Origin: an uncultured Candidatus Entotheonella sp.
GTDB taxonomy: Bacteria > Tectomicrobia > Entotheonellia > Entotheonellales > Entotheonellaceae
Direction of reading: 5' to 3'
Length of the DNA: 64,000 bases
Assembly: GCA_965217185.1 (NCBI GenBank)
Contig: OZ244252.1
Location: forward strand, 1,184,001 to 1,248,000
The notes under the pieces are model-generated. The model was not told the origin of the DNA, did not search any database, and saw only the letters and a list, made by a program, of their open reading frames with translations. Shown in pieces: positions 48,565-57,601 of this stretch. Numbering within the stretch: position 1 is the first letter of the stretch; each line of letters begins with the position of its first letter. A program made the position numbers and the translations under genes.

Positions 48565-50133
48565 ATGAGAGTCAGCAGTGTTGCGGAAATGCGGGCGCTG
48601 GACCGCGAGGCGATCACGGGATTTGGCATTCCCGAGGACCTGCTCATGGAAAACGCCGGTGAGGCTGCCTGTGCCGTGCTTAGGCGCGAGGTCGGCGTGG
48701 CGGGCAAAAATTTTATCATCATCTGCGGCGTCGGCAACAACGGTGGCGATGGCTTCGTGGTGGCGCGTCGCCTTCACGCTGCCAAGGCCGACTTGAAGGT
48801 GGTTATAATCGGAGACGAAAGCCGCCTGCGCGGCGCGGCGCTGAAAAATCGGCAAATCTTGTCCCGCCTGCCGATCAAGGTTGACACCCTCAAAGAAATT
48901 GGTCCACTACCCGCCGATCTGGTTGCCTGCGATGTTGTTGTTGATGCCCTGCTGGGCACGGGGTTGTCCCGTCCGGTGGCGGGCCTGCAACGCGAGGCCA
49001 TCGAGCGAATCAACGACAGCGGCAAAACCGTGCTGAGCCTCGACGTGCCGTCCGGCGTGCACGGCGACACTGGTGTGGTCATGGGTGCCGCCGTGCACGC
49101 CGACCTGACCGTCACCTTCGGCCTGCCCAAGCGCGGCAATCTGCTGTGGCCCGGCTTTGGTCATTGCGGCAGCCTGTACGTCTCTCCCCTTTCCTTCCCG
49201 CCATCCATGATCGAGACGGCTGGCTTGCAGGTGGCCGTCAACGATCCCCTGCTGTTGCCGCCACGCAACCCGCAGGGCCACAAGGGAACGTTCGGCGACG
49301 CGCTGTTCATCGCCGGAGCGGGCAGTTATTACGGCGCACCGTACCTTGCCGCCATGTCGTTCCTGAAATCCGGAGGCGGCTACGCGCGTCTCGCTGCTCC
49401 CGCTTCCATGACGCCGTTCCTGGCGAACAAGGGCCCTGAGATCGTCTTCGCCCCACAGCGGGAAACGCCGGCCGGTAGTATAGGTCTTGGCAACAAGGCG
49501 GCCCTGTTGGACCTCGCCGAGCGGGTGGATTTCGTTGTGCTCGGCCCCGGACTGTCGCTGGACTCGGAATCACAGCAATTGGTGCGCGAGCTGGCTGCCG
49601 AGTTGACCAAGCCGCTGCTGATCGACGGTGACGGCATCACGGCCGTGTGTGGTGAACCGTCGGCTCTCGCCAATCGACAGGCGCCGACCATTCTAACCCC
49701 CCACACCGGGGAAATGGCCCGCCTGACCGGGCGGTCCGTCACCGAGGTGGAAGCCGACCGCATTGCTATCGTCCAGGAAACTGCGGCGCGTTTCGGGGCA
49801 TTTTTCGTCCTGAAAGGCGCACATTCGCTGATCGGCACCCCCGACGGGCAGGTATTCATCAACCTGAGCGGCAATTCCGGTATGGCCACGCCGGGGTCGG
49901 GCGACGTCCTTGCCGGCGCCATTGCCGCCATGTTCGGGTTGGGCCTTGCGATTCCTGAGGCGGTCCGCATGGGTGTCTTCGTACACGGCGTGGCGGGCGA
50001 CTTGGCCGTTGCCGAAACCGGCCCCGACGGCGTGGTGGCGTCGGATATCCTGCAGATGCTGTCGGCGGCCATGCGGCAGGCGCGCGACGGCGGACCGTGG
50101 GCCGAACGGTACACCGGGCCACAGATCGTCTGA
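48565..50133 (+). CDS. nnr: Bifunctional NAD(P)H-hydrate epimerase/dehydratase
   Basis: LMENAG, GNNGGDG, DVPSG, HKGTFG, LTPHTGEM and GSGDVLAG motifs. Confidence 0.94.
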   Translation: MRVSSVAEMRALDREAITGFGIPEDLLMENAGEAACAVLRREVGVAGKNFIIICGVGNNGGDGFVVARRLHAAKADLKVVIIGDESRLRGAALKNRQILSRLPIKVDTLKEIGPLPADLVACDVVVDALLGTGLSRPVAGLQREAIERINDSGKTVLSLDVPSGVHGDTGVVMGAAVHADLTVTFGLPKRGNLLWPGFGHCGSLYVSPLSFPPSMIETAGLQVAVNDPLLLPPRNPQGHKGTFGDALFIAGAGSYYGAPYLAAMSFLKSGGGYARLAAPASMTPFLANKGPEIVFAPQRETPAGSIGLGNKAALLDLAERVDFVVLGPGLSLDSESQQLVRELAAELTKPLLIDGDGITAVCGEPSALANRQAPTILTPHTGEMARLTGRSVTEVEADRIAIVQETAARFGAFFVLKGAHSLIGTPDGQVFINLSGNSGMATPGSGDVLAGAIAAMFGLGLAIPEAVRMGVFVHGVAGDLAVAETGPDGVVASDILQMLSAAMRQARDGGPWAERYTGPQIV

Positions 50134-50151
50134 GCGGCGACAGATTCTCGC

Positions 50152-51327
50152 TTATTTGATCACCACTTCATCCACGCGAAAGCGCTCTGCCGCGGTCCAG
50201 TCGTAGCCGACCCCCAGGCCCGGCCCCTGCGGTACCCGCACGCAGCCATTCTGGTCGATGCTCGTCAGTTCGTCGTCGTAGCCGTCCTGGTAAATCGGCA
50301 GCGATACGATGTTGTCCAGCTTGGGGTGCACCAGCCCCATTTCGTAAAAGTTGGAATTGCGCACGGCTGCCATGCAGTGACGCTGCGCCGGACCGGCGAT
50401 GTGCAGTTCCAGGTCCATGCCGAACCCTTCCGCGGCGTGGGCGATTTTCATCACACCAGTAATGCCGCCGTCGTACTCAGGGTCGGCGCGTGCGAAGTCG
50501 GTGGCCTCGGCAGCCGCCATGTCAACGTGCGCCTCGACGAGATGCAGGTGCTCGCCCTGCAGCAGCGGCGTGGCAAGGGCGCGGCGCAGTTGCCGATGCG
50601 CGTAGTGCGACACGCCGCCGTCCTTGAGCGGGTCCTCGTACCAAAAGAATTCCTCGGCGTCGCAAGCCCGCCCGACCCGCAGGGCGTCGGCGTAGGTGTT
50701 GTAAGCGCAGCACGGATCGAGCATCAGGGCCATTTTGCCGCCGACACGCCGCCCGACGGCGTGCACCGTGGCGATCTCCTGGGCGATGGGGCCTTCGCCC
50801 CAGGAGTGGATTTTGAACCCCTGGTAGCCCATTTCAAGGCACTGCTCGGCGAAATCGGCGAATGCCTCCGGGCAATCGAGGCCGCCGCGGGTACGGTCGG
50901 CGTGATAGGTGCTGGCGTAAGTCGGCAGGTATTCGCGGTAGCCGCCCAGCAGACGGTAGATGGGCGCCTGGTGTACCTTGCCCGCCAAGTCCCACAGGGC
51001 GATGTCGATGGGGCCGATGCCCATGCGGTCGTTCTTGCGCAGAATCACCTTGGCCTGATTGTAGAAGCGCTCCCGTTCGAGGGCGTTCTTGCCGATAAGG
51101 AACGGGGCGAACAGGTTGATCTGCTCGAAGGTGGCAGGCGCGATGCTGACGTATTCGCCGGTCACACCCTCGTCGGTATAGATGCGAATGCCCAAGGCCG
51201 AGCGGGCGCCCTGGTGACCGGGTTCGTAAAATGCGCCCATGGCGAAGCTGAGGTCGTGCCCGACGTTGTTGAACGGAAAACGGTAGCGGGTGAGCTGGAT
51301 GCGTTCAATGATTGGCGTGTGGTTCAT
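50152..51327 (-). CDS. Mandelate racemase/muconate lactonizing enzyme (enolase superfamily)
   Basis: DIALWDLAGK, GFKIH, LMLD, WYEDP, LQGE and PQGPGLG motifs. Confidence 0.9.
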   Translation of the reverse strand: MNHTPIIERIQLTRYRFPFNNVGHDLSFAMGAFYEPGHQGARSALGIRIYTDEGVTGEYVSIAPATFEQINLFAPFLIGKNALERERFYNQAKVILRKNDRMGIGPIDIALWDLAGKVHQAPIYRLLGGYREYLPTYASTYHADRTRGGLDCPEAFADFAEQCLEMGYQGFKIHSWGEGPIAQEIATVHAVGRRVGGKMALMLDPCCAYNTYADALRVGRACDAEEFFWYEDPLKDGGVSHYAHRQLRRALATPLLQGEHLHLVEAHVDMAAAEATDFARADPEYDGGITGVMKIAHAAEGFGMDLELHIAGPAQRHCMAAVRNSNFYEMGLVHPKLDNIVSLPIYQDGYDDELTSIDQNGCVRVPQGPGLGVGYDWTAAERFRVDEVVIK

Positions 51328-51443
51328 GGTGACCTTTCATGGCGGCGCGGCGAATGAAGGTTAAAGGGAGCTTGCTTGCATGCGGATGGTGCAAGGCGGA
51401 TTGTATGACGTCGTACGATGCGGATACTATGTTTGGGCTCGGT

Positions 51444-52358
51444 TTAATTCTCTGGCGGGACAACCTCATTGTGAATAGCGGGTAAAGATTGAATATAGAC
51501 CGCTATCGCCTCCAGGTCGCCCTCGCTGAGATGGCTGTATCCCGTTTCGATGAGCTCGCTCATCAGGCCTTGGGTATCGTCGCCATCGGGTTTCAGCCCC
51601 ATCTGGAGGAACCAGACGAGGTCCGCAGGGCTCCAGGAGCCAATGCCGGTGTCCGCATCAGGCGTGATGTTCGGGGCCAGTTCGCCGTCCGGGCCGTCAA
51701 CGGTGCCGGCGTGCCGCCTGCCCTTCTTCAGACCGCCCATAAGGTTGCGCGGGGTATGACATTCACCGCAATGACCAAGGGCCTGCACGAGGTATGCGCC
51801 CCGGTTCCATTGCGGCGATTGGTCGGGATCCGGTTGCAGAGTTCCGGGTTGAAAGTACAGCCACCTCCACACCCGTACGCCGAAGCGCCAGCCGAAGGGA
51901 GCCTGCAGCTTGGCTGCTCTGTTCGCCTGCGCAACGGGGGTTATCGAGAAGAGGTAGGCTTTCAAGTCCAGCACGTCCTGTCGGGTCATGCGGGTGAAAG
52001 ACGTGTAGGGAAAGACGGGAAAGTACTGCACACCCGATGGTCCCACGCCCAGTGTCATGGCCCGCAGAAAATCCTCATCGCTCCAGGCGCCGATGCCGGA
52101 CTCCAGGTCGGGTGTGATATTCGTGCTGTAGATGATCCCGAACGGGGTGGCGATCGGACGCCCGCCTGCCATGAAGGCGCCATCGTTTTTCACGTCGGTG
52201 TGACAGCTGCAGCCGCCCGCAGCCCGGAATATATAGGCGCCGCGCTCCACCGACGGACTCTCCTGTCCCGTCGCTACGCCGAGTGCAAGCCAGAGTATCA
52301 GCGCAAAGAACACGACCATGGATTGAAACTTGCCTTTGGAAATAGCCCGGATGCCCAA
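51444..52358 (-). CDS. Diheme-type cytochrome c (gluconate/alcohol dehydrogenase cytochrome subunit-like)
   Basis: Two repeated domains: RGAY...GGCSCH...STNITPD and RGAY...GHCGECH...APNITPD. Start uncertain (52388, 52358 or 52319). Confidence 0.85.
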   Translation of the reverse strand: MGIRAISKGKFQSMVVFFALILWLALGVATGQESPSVERGAYIFRAAGGCSCHTDVKNDGAFMAGGRPIATPFGIIYSTNITPDLESGIGAWSDEDFLRAMTLGVGPSGVQYFPVFPYTSFTRMTRQDVLDLKAYLFSITPVAQANRAAKLQAPFGWRFGVRVWRWLYFQPGTLQPDPDQSPQWNRGAYLVQALGHCGECHTPRNLMGGLKKGRRHAGTVDGPDGELAPNITPDADTGIGSWSPADLVWFLQMGLKPDGDDTQGLMSELIETGYSHLSEGDLEAIAVYIQSLPAIHNEVVPPEN

Positions 52359-52545
52359 TGCCCTTCCCTCTCTGTTCTGCGTTTGCAATCCACATGCTGC
52401 GCCTCAGAAGTAGGCCAAACTATCAGACAAAACCCGCTGAAACCAAGGAAATCCAGGTCGGTCGAATACGGTTCCCCCGCGGATACCCCGCGAATGTAAA
52501 ATGCTCTGGAGAACGTCCCTGAACCCTGCGAACGGAGGAAGCTAC

Positions 52546-54030
52546 ATGGCGGGCTATCTGTTGGGCTATGACATCGGCAGTTCGGCGGTCAAGGCGGCAC
52601 TGGTTGAAGCGGATAGCGGCGCGGCGGTGGGGTCGGCGGTCTCGCCGGCTGACGAGTTGCCGATTCAGGCGCCGCGGCCCGGCTGGGCGGAGCAGGACCC
52701 CGATGTGTGGTGGAGGCACGTCTGCGCGGCCACCCGGCAATTGGCCGCCGCGCATCCGGAGTCGCTGCGGGCGGTCAGGGCTATCGGGCTGTCGTACCAG
52801 ATGCACGGTTTGGTGCTGGTGGACCGCGCCTTGCAGGTGCTGCGCCCGGCCATTCTGTGGTGCGACAGCCGTGCGGCGGACATTGGCCGCCGGGCCTTCG
52901 AGGCGTTGGGCGAGGAGGTGTGCATGGGGCGCCTGCTCAACTCACCTGGGAATTTCACGGCCTCGAAGCTGAAGTGGGTAAAGGACAACGAATCGGACGT
53001 ATTCGCCCGCGTGCACAAGGCGATGCTGCCGGGGGACTACGTGGCGCTGCGGATGACCGGCGAGGCGGTGACGACCCCCGCAGGCCTGTCGGAGGGCATC
53101 TTGTGGGATTTTAAGACGGACAGCATGGCCGAGGTGCTGTTGGCACATTACGGTATTCCGGCGGCGTACCTCCCGGCCGTTGTGGAGGTCTTCTCGGTGC
53201 AGGGCACCCTACGGTCCGACGCCGCCATGGAGTTGGGGCTGTCGGCTGACATCCCGCTGGCGTATCGCAGCGGTGATCAGCCCAACAATGCGCTGTCTCT
53301 CAACGTGCTGGAGCCGGGCGAGGTGGCGGCAACGGCGGGAACGTCGGGGGTCGTTTACGCCGTGAGCGACACGCCGCTGGCGGATGTGGAAGGCCGGGTC
53401 AACACCTTTCTGCACGTGAACCATCAGCGGCAGCGCCCGCGTTATGGCACCCTGCTGTGCATCAACGGCGCCGGCAGCCTGTACCGCTGGCTGCGGCACA
53501 CGATGATGGAACCGGGAACGGCCTACGCCGACATGAACCGTGTAGCGGCTACCGCTCCAATCGGTGCTGATGGGCTCTCCCTGCTCCCGTTTGGCAACGG
53601 CGCCGAGCGCCTGCTGCACGACCGCCTGACCGGCGCGCGTCTCGACGGTCTCGATTTCAACCGCCACGGCCGCGCGCACCTGCTGCGGGCTGCCCAGGAG
53701 GGCATCGTTTTCGCCCTGCATCACGGTCTGCAGATGATGCGCGGCCTTGGGCTGGGAACCCGTACCGTGCGCGCCGCCGCGGCCAATCTGTTTCTCAGCC
53801 CGCTGTTCTGCTCTGCTTTCGCCACGCTCACCGATACCCGCCTGGAGTTGTACGACACCGACGGCGCCCAAGGCGCCGCCCGAGCCGCCGGACTTGGGGT
53901 CGGCTTGTACCGCGATGCGGCCGAGGCACTACGCGGCCAGCGGCAAGTGGCGGCCTTCGCACCGGAGCCCAGCGTGTTGCCGGCGTACCGGGAGGCGTAC
54001 GAGCGCTGGTGTTCCGTGTTGGATGTGTAA
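52546..54030 (+). CDS. FGGY-family carbohydrate kinase (xylulokinase-like)
   Basis: LGYDIGSSAVK, EQDP, YQMHG, ILWCDSR, GDQP, GTSG and GAER motifs. Confidence 0.88.
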   Translation: MAGYLLGYDIGSSAVKAALVEADSGAAVGSAVSPADELPIQAPRPGWAEQDPDVWWRHVCAATRQLAAAHPESLRAVRAIGLSYQMHGLVLVDRALQVLRPAILWCDSRAADIGRRAFEALGEEVCMGRLLNSPGNFTASKLKWVKDNESDVFARVHKAMLPGDYVALRMTGEAVTTPAGLSEGILWDFKTDSMAEVLLAHYGIPAAYLPAVVEVFSVQGTLRSDAAMELGLSADIPLAYRSGDQPNNALSLNVLEPGEVAATAGTSGVVYAVSDTPLADVEGRVNTFLHVNHQRQRPRYGTLLCINGAGSLYRWLRHTMMEPGTAYADMNRVAATAPIGADGLSLLPFGNGAERLLHDRLTGARLDGLDFNRHGRAHLLRAAQEGIVFALHHGLQMMRGLGLGTRTVRAAAANLFLSPLFCSAFATLTDTRLELYDTDGAQGAARAAGLGVGLYRDAAEALRGQRQVAAFAPEPSVLPAYREAYERWCSVLDV

Positions 54031-54122
54031 ATGATGTTGCCGGTTTGTACCTCTCCCTAACCTTCCCCCCAAACGTGAGAGCTTCAGGAGCACCCGCCCG
54101 TGCAATTTGCCCAAAGCCAACC

Positions 54123-55142
54123 TTATGGACGTGACAGAATCGTCACCCACATGGGAGTACTGCCCACGTCGTATGTCCCCAGGTGGTGCAGGGTACCGCT
54201 GTCGGCGTCGATACGGTAGGCGGCGAGGCGGCCGGATTCGAGGCCGGCGGCGTACAGAAAATGGCCGCTGGGATCGATTCCGAAGGCGCGCGGCATGGGT
54301 TCGGTGAGAATGCGGTCGGTGGGGGTCAGGGCGCCCGTGTTGGGGTCTACGACGAAGCAGGCCATGCTGTTGTGGCCGCGGTTCGGGGCGAAGAGCATGC
54401 GGCCTGACGGCGCCATGTGTATCTGGGCGCAGGTGTTGTCGCCGTCAAAATCCTCCGGCAGGGTGGAAACGGTTTGGAAGGCGCTGAGGGTGCCCGCTGC
54501 GGAGTCGAGGGCGTAGGCGGTAACGCTGCAGCCCTGCTCGTTGGAAAAATAGACGATGTCCTTGTGGGGATGAAAGCAGAAGTGCCGAGGCCCCACGGGG
54601 TCGGGCGGGGTGAGCCGGGCGGGCGTGTTGGGGGTCAGGTGGCCCGTTTGCGCGTCGAATCGGTACTGGAAAATGGCGTTGGGGCCGTTGCCGGCGATGT
54701 GCGGCACGAAGGCAAACCGATTGCTCGGGTCCGTTTGCAAGGCATGCGCGCCGGTGGCGGTATCCAGCCATTCGATGGGTGGGGTGCTGACGGCGCCGTC
54801 GCTTCCGACGGCATGCACGGCAGCCTTGCCGGCGGCGTAGTAGGCGGAAAACAGAAATCTGCCCTGGCGGTCCATGGCCAGATAGCAAGGCTCGGCGTCG
54901 AGCGGCGCGGCGCCGATGGGGACAAGGTTGCCGGTGTGCGGGTCGATGCGGAAGCTGGACACCTCGCAGACGCCGCGGCGGCCGACGTGCAGAAATTGGC
55001 CCCGCGGATCGACCGCCATGGGGGCTGGCCCGCCGGAAATGGCGACCGGATCGAGAGGGTCAAGCTTGCCGGTCTGCGGATCCAGGGCGAAACGGCGGAT
55101 GCAATCATCGCCTTGCAAGGAGACGTAGAGTTGGGTCGGCAT
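54123..55142 (-). CDS. Lactonase, 7-bladed beta-propeller (6-phosphogluconolactonase YbhE-like)
   Basis: GPRHFCFHP, APNRGHNS and MPRAFGIDPSG motifs. Confidence 0.88.
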   Translation of the reverse strand: MPTQLYVSLQGDDCIRRFALDPQTGKLDPLDPVAISGGPAPMAVDPRGQFLHVGRRGVCEVSSFRIDPHTGNLVPIGAAPLDAEPCYLAMDRQGRFLFSAYYAAGKAAVHAVGSDGAVSTPPIEWLDTATGAHALQTDPSNRFAFVPHIAGNGPNAIFQYRFDAQTGHLTPNTPARLTPPDPVGPRHFCFHPHKDIVYFSNEQGCSVTAYALDSAAGTLSAFQTVSTLPEDFDGDNTCAQIHMAPSGRMLFAPNRGHNSMACFVVDPNTGALTPTDRILTEPMPRAFGIDPSGHFLYAAGLESGRLAAYRIDADSGTLHHLGTYDVGSTPMWVTILSRP

Positions 55143-55161
55143 GGAGTGGCCTCCGGGTGAC

Positions 55162-55198
55162 GAAATAGAAAGGCTGGGACCGTTCCGGCGTCCCAGCC
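55162..55198 (-). terminator. Rho-independent terminator
   Basis: Minus strand: 9-bp stem GGCTGGGAC/GTCCCAGCC followed by TTTCTATTTC. Confidence 0.7.
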
Positions 55199-55205
55199 CA
55201 AGTGC

Positions 55206-55856
55206 CTAAGGATCAATGCGGCGATAGACGCCGGGCGAGCCCTCGGCGTGCGTCATGGCCTGCCGCATGCGTTCGGAGTCCGGCGAGGAATTCTGACGCT
55301 GGTCGTGCCAGGCATCGGTTTCGGGGACTTTCTCGTTCTCGAACTCGTAAACCGTGGCATAGCCGATGGTGCCGTCGATGACGCGGTAGCGGCGGGCATA
55401 AATGACCCCCGGTACTTTGCGGTAGCCGGGCACGTATTCGCCGCTGTACCAGGCGTTCCATTCGGCGTCCACCGCCTGCGGCACCGACATGCGGCCGATC
55501 TGTAGGCAGGGCGCCATACCGCGGTCCGGCATTTCCACTTGCTCCGGGAAAATCTGCTGGCCGACGACACGGGTCAGGTTCTTGCCGATAACGGTCGGCG
55601 ACACGCGTTCGCCCCACGGGGTGCGGGGCCGGTTCTTGAACGCCGGGGTTTGCAGTACGTCGGTGTTTTCGATCTCGTAGGCGGTGAGGTACTTCGGGCC
55701 GCCCTTGACGGCTTCGTAACGCGCTGCGGACACAATGCCGGGCACGGCGAGCAACTCGGGAAGGTGCTCGGTGTTGTACCAATCGTTGAACTCATCTTCG
55801 TGCCGTGCGTCGATGTCCGTGTAGACGAGGAAGATGCCGTTGCCCTTGCTTGACAT
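55206..55856 (-). CDS. Tandem EthD/DUF4286-like dimeric alpha-beta barrel protein
   Basis: Two repeats: EFNDWYNTEHLPELLAVPG...ARY and EWNAWYSGEYVPGYRKVPG...RRY. Confidence 0.8.
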   Translation of the reverse strand: MSSKGNGIFLVYTDIDARHEDEFNDWYNTEHLPELLAVPGIVSAARYEAVKGGPKYLTAYEIENTDVLQTPAFKNRPRTPWGERVSPTVIGKNLTRVVGQQIFPEQVEMPDRGMAPCLQIGRMSVPQAVDAEWNAWYSGEYVPGYRKVPGVIYARRYRVIDGTIGYATVYEFENEKVPETDAWHDQRQNSSPDSERMRQAMTHAEGSPGVYRRIDP

Positions 55857-55901
55857 GGGAGTTTCTCCTGTGAATAAGCGTTGTGCGAGTTGAAACTCGC
55901 G

Positions 55902-56900
55902 CTATTCGGCCGCCAAGACGCAGCGGAATCCAATTTCCAGATGGCGGTCGGCAGCCAGATCGTAGTTGCGGTAGGCGGCGCGGATTTTAGCACGATGGCT
56001 GCTCCAGCAGCCGCCGCGCAGCACGCGATACGGCGAGGCTTCCATTGGTCCCGGCGGGTCGTGCGACGGCGCCGCGCGATAGTAGTCCTTGATGTAGCGG
56101 TCCCGGGCCCATTCCCAGAGATTGCCGCCCATGTCGTGGGCGCCGTAAGGGCTGACGCCTTGCGGGAAGCTGCCGACGGGTCGGGTGAACACCGTCATCG
56201 CATCGAGGTCCAGATTACCCAAGAGCAGCACCCATTGCCGGTCGTCCACAACCGGGTGCCCAAACGCCAATTCGACGTTATTGGAATACCCTGCCTCCCA
56301 GGTGTCGCCCCACGGATACGCTTGCCCGTCTGGGCCGCGTGCTGCCTTTTCCCACTGTGCCTCGGTGGGTAGCTCTTTGCCGGCCCAGCGGCAGTAGGCA
56401 TAGGCGTCATACCAGTCCACCGCGGTCACCGGGTGATCAGGGCCGTTGAGGCGGCGGTCCCGCCAATAGGTCGGGGTGTAATCCTTGTCCGGCGGTGAGT
56501 CGGGATGCAGTGGGTGGGCTTCGCCCCGTTTGAGCGCGTCCAGGAACACCCCGTATTGCCGGTTCGTAACCTCGAACTTGTCTATGTAGTAGGCAGACAG
56601 GTAAATCGAGCGCTGCGGCGTCTCGACCCCAAAATAATCCCCGAACGGCCCGTTCAACGCCTTTACCTCCGCCTTGGTGGTGCCGCGCAAAAAGTAACCC
56701 GCCGGGACGTACACCATGACGGCGACGGCGCCGTCATGAAGGTAGTCGCCAGGCACCGTGCTGGTGCGCAGCGCCTCGGGCACGCGCTCTCCGAACCAGC
56801 CGGTATCGGCCGAGGCAAGGCATCCTAACGCAGCAAAGGCCGCCAAAACGCCGATGGCGGCGAGTCGACGGCCCACCTCTGCGGCGCGGCGTTCCATCAT
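55902..56900 (-). CDS. FGE/SUMF1-fold protein with N-terminal signal or anchor
   Basis: EVTNRQY, LPTEAQWEKAARG, YPWG, DMGGNLWEW, RVLRGG and IGFRC motifs; lacks the catalytic Cys pair of true FGE. Confidence 0.88.
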   Translation of the reverse strand: MMERRAAEVGRRLAAIGVLAAFAALGCLASADTGWFGERVPEALRTSTVPGDYLHDGAVAVMVYVPAGYFLRGTTKAEVKALNGPFGDYFGVETPQRSIYLSAYYIDKFEVTNRQYGVFLDALKRGEAHPLHPDSPPDKDYTPTYWRDRRLNGPDHPVTAVDWYDAYAYCRWAGKELPTEAQWEKAARGPDGQAYPWGDTWEAGYSNNVELAFGHPVVDDRQWVLLLGNLDLDAMTVFTRPVGSFPQGVSPYGAHDMGGNLWEWARDRYIKDYYRAAPSHDPPGPMEASPYRVLRGGCWSSHRAKIRAAYRNYDLAADRHLEIGFRCVLAAE

Positions 56901-57601
56901 AAGTTCTGTCTGACCCAATCGTACCACCCCGTCGGCTTCTGGTGGCCGGTCAGTTGTTCCAGCGCCATCCTGGCCTTGGCAGCACCGAGGCCGACGTGCT
57001 GTCCCCACTTGTCGATCACCAACTTGATGAGTCTGGGCACGGCGCGTTGGATCCCCAACTCCATGGTCATCTCAATAGCCCTGATAGAGACGGCGTCGAT
57101 GTAGTCAGTGAGCGCCATGAGGATGGCCTTCTCGGCCCGCGTTTCCTCGTGAAAACGAATCCGGGCGATGTTGAGCAGCATGGCCCGGGCGCGCCACTCG
57201 GGATGTCTGCGCACCGCCTTATAGGTTTCCTTGCGAGCCCCCTTGTCGGTCATTTGCAACAGCGCCGCCTCAGCCGCTTCGAAGAGCTGCTTGGTTTGCT
57301 TCTCACTAAGAAATTGGGTCACTTTGTAGTGCAAGCCTGCGTATAGGATAGCCAAAGCGGCGTCCTTGGTGTCCTGCGCGGCGTATTTCTCGTAGAGGGC
57401 TAAAATGGCTGGGATGTCGCCGCGGTCGGAAGCGTCCACGAATTCCTTCAGGGCTTGCGCGGGCGGCTTGGGCGGCTTGGCCGCCTGCGCCAAGTCGGCG
57501 CCGATTGTCGTGAGTAGAACCATCAGGCCGGTAAGTATCGCAATGCGGGCCATCCGAAAGCGAGCGGAATCGCTGACTTTAATCATGTTAACGACTTGCA
57601 T
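56897..57601 (-). CDS. Secreted alpha-helical (HEAT-repeat-like) protein
   Basis: Signal peptide ending AQA; AVPRLIKL...ARMALEQLTG...W..W HEAT-type C-terminus; overlaps both neighbours. Confidence 0.7.
   Translation of the reverse strand: MQVVNMIKVSDSARFRMARIAILTGLMVLLTTIGADLAQAAKPPKPPAQALKEFVDASDRGDIPAILALYEKYAAQDTKDAALAILYAGLHYKVTQFLSEKQTKQLFEAAEAALLQMTDKGARKETYKAVRRHPEWRARAMLLNIARIRFHEETRAEKAILMALTDYIDAVSIRAIEMTMELGIQRAVPRLIKLVIDKWGQHVGLGAAKARMALEQLTGHQKPTGWYDWVRQNL

Noticed and set aside
52470..52495. GTTCCCCCGCGGATACCCCGCG resembling a type I-E CRISPR repeat
   Set aside because: Single copy, with no spacers and no cas genes.
54050..54082. CCTCTCCCTAACCTTCCCCCC tract similar to the reverse of 46316-46331
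   Set aside because: Too short and low in complexity to call a repeat family from two degenerate copies.
55902..56900. True formylglycine-generating enzyme or EgtB (with the EgtC-like and DinB genes as an ergothioneine pathway)
   Set aside because: The catalytic Cys pair is absent, there is no fused DinB domain or adjacent sulfatase, and the genes are scattered.
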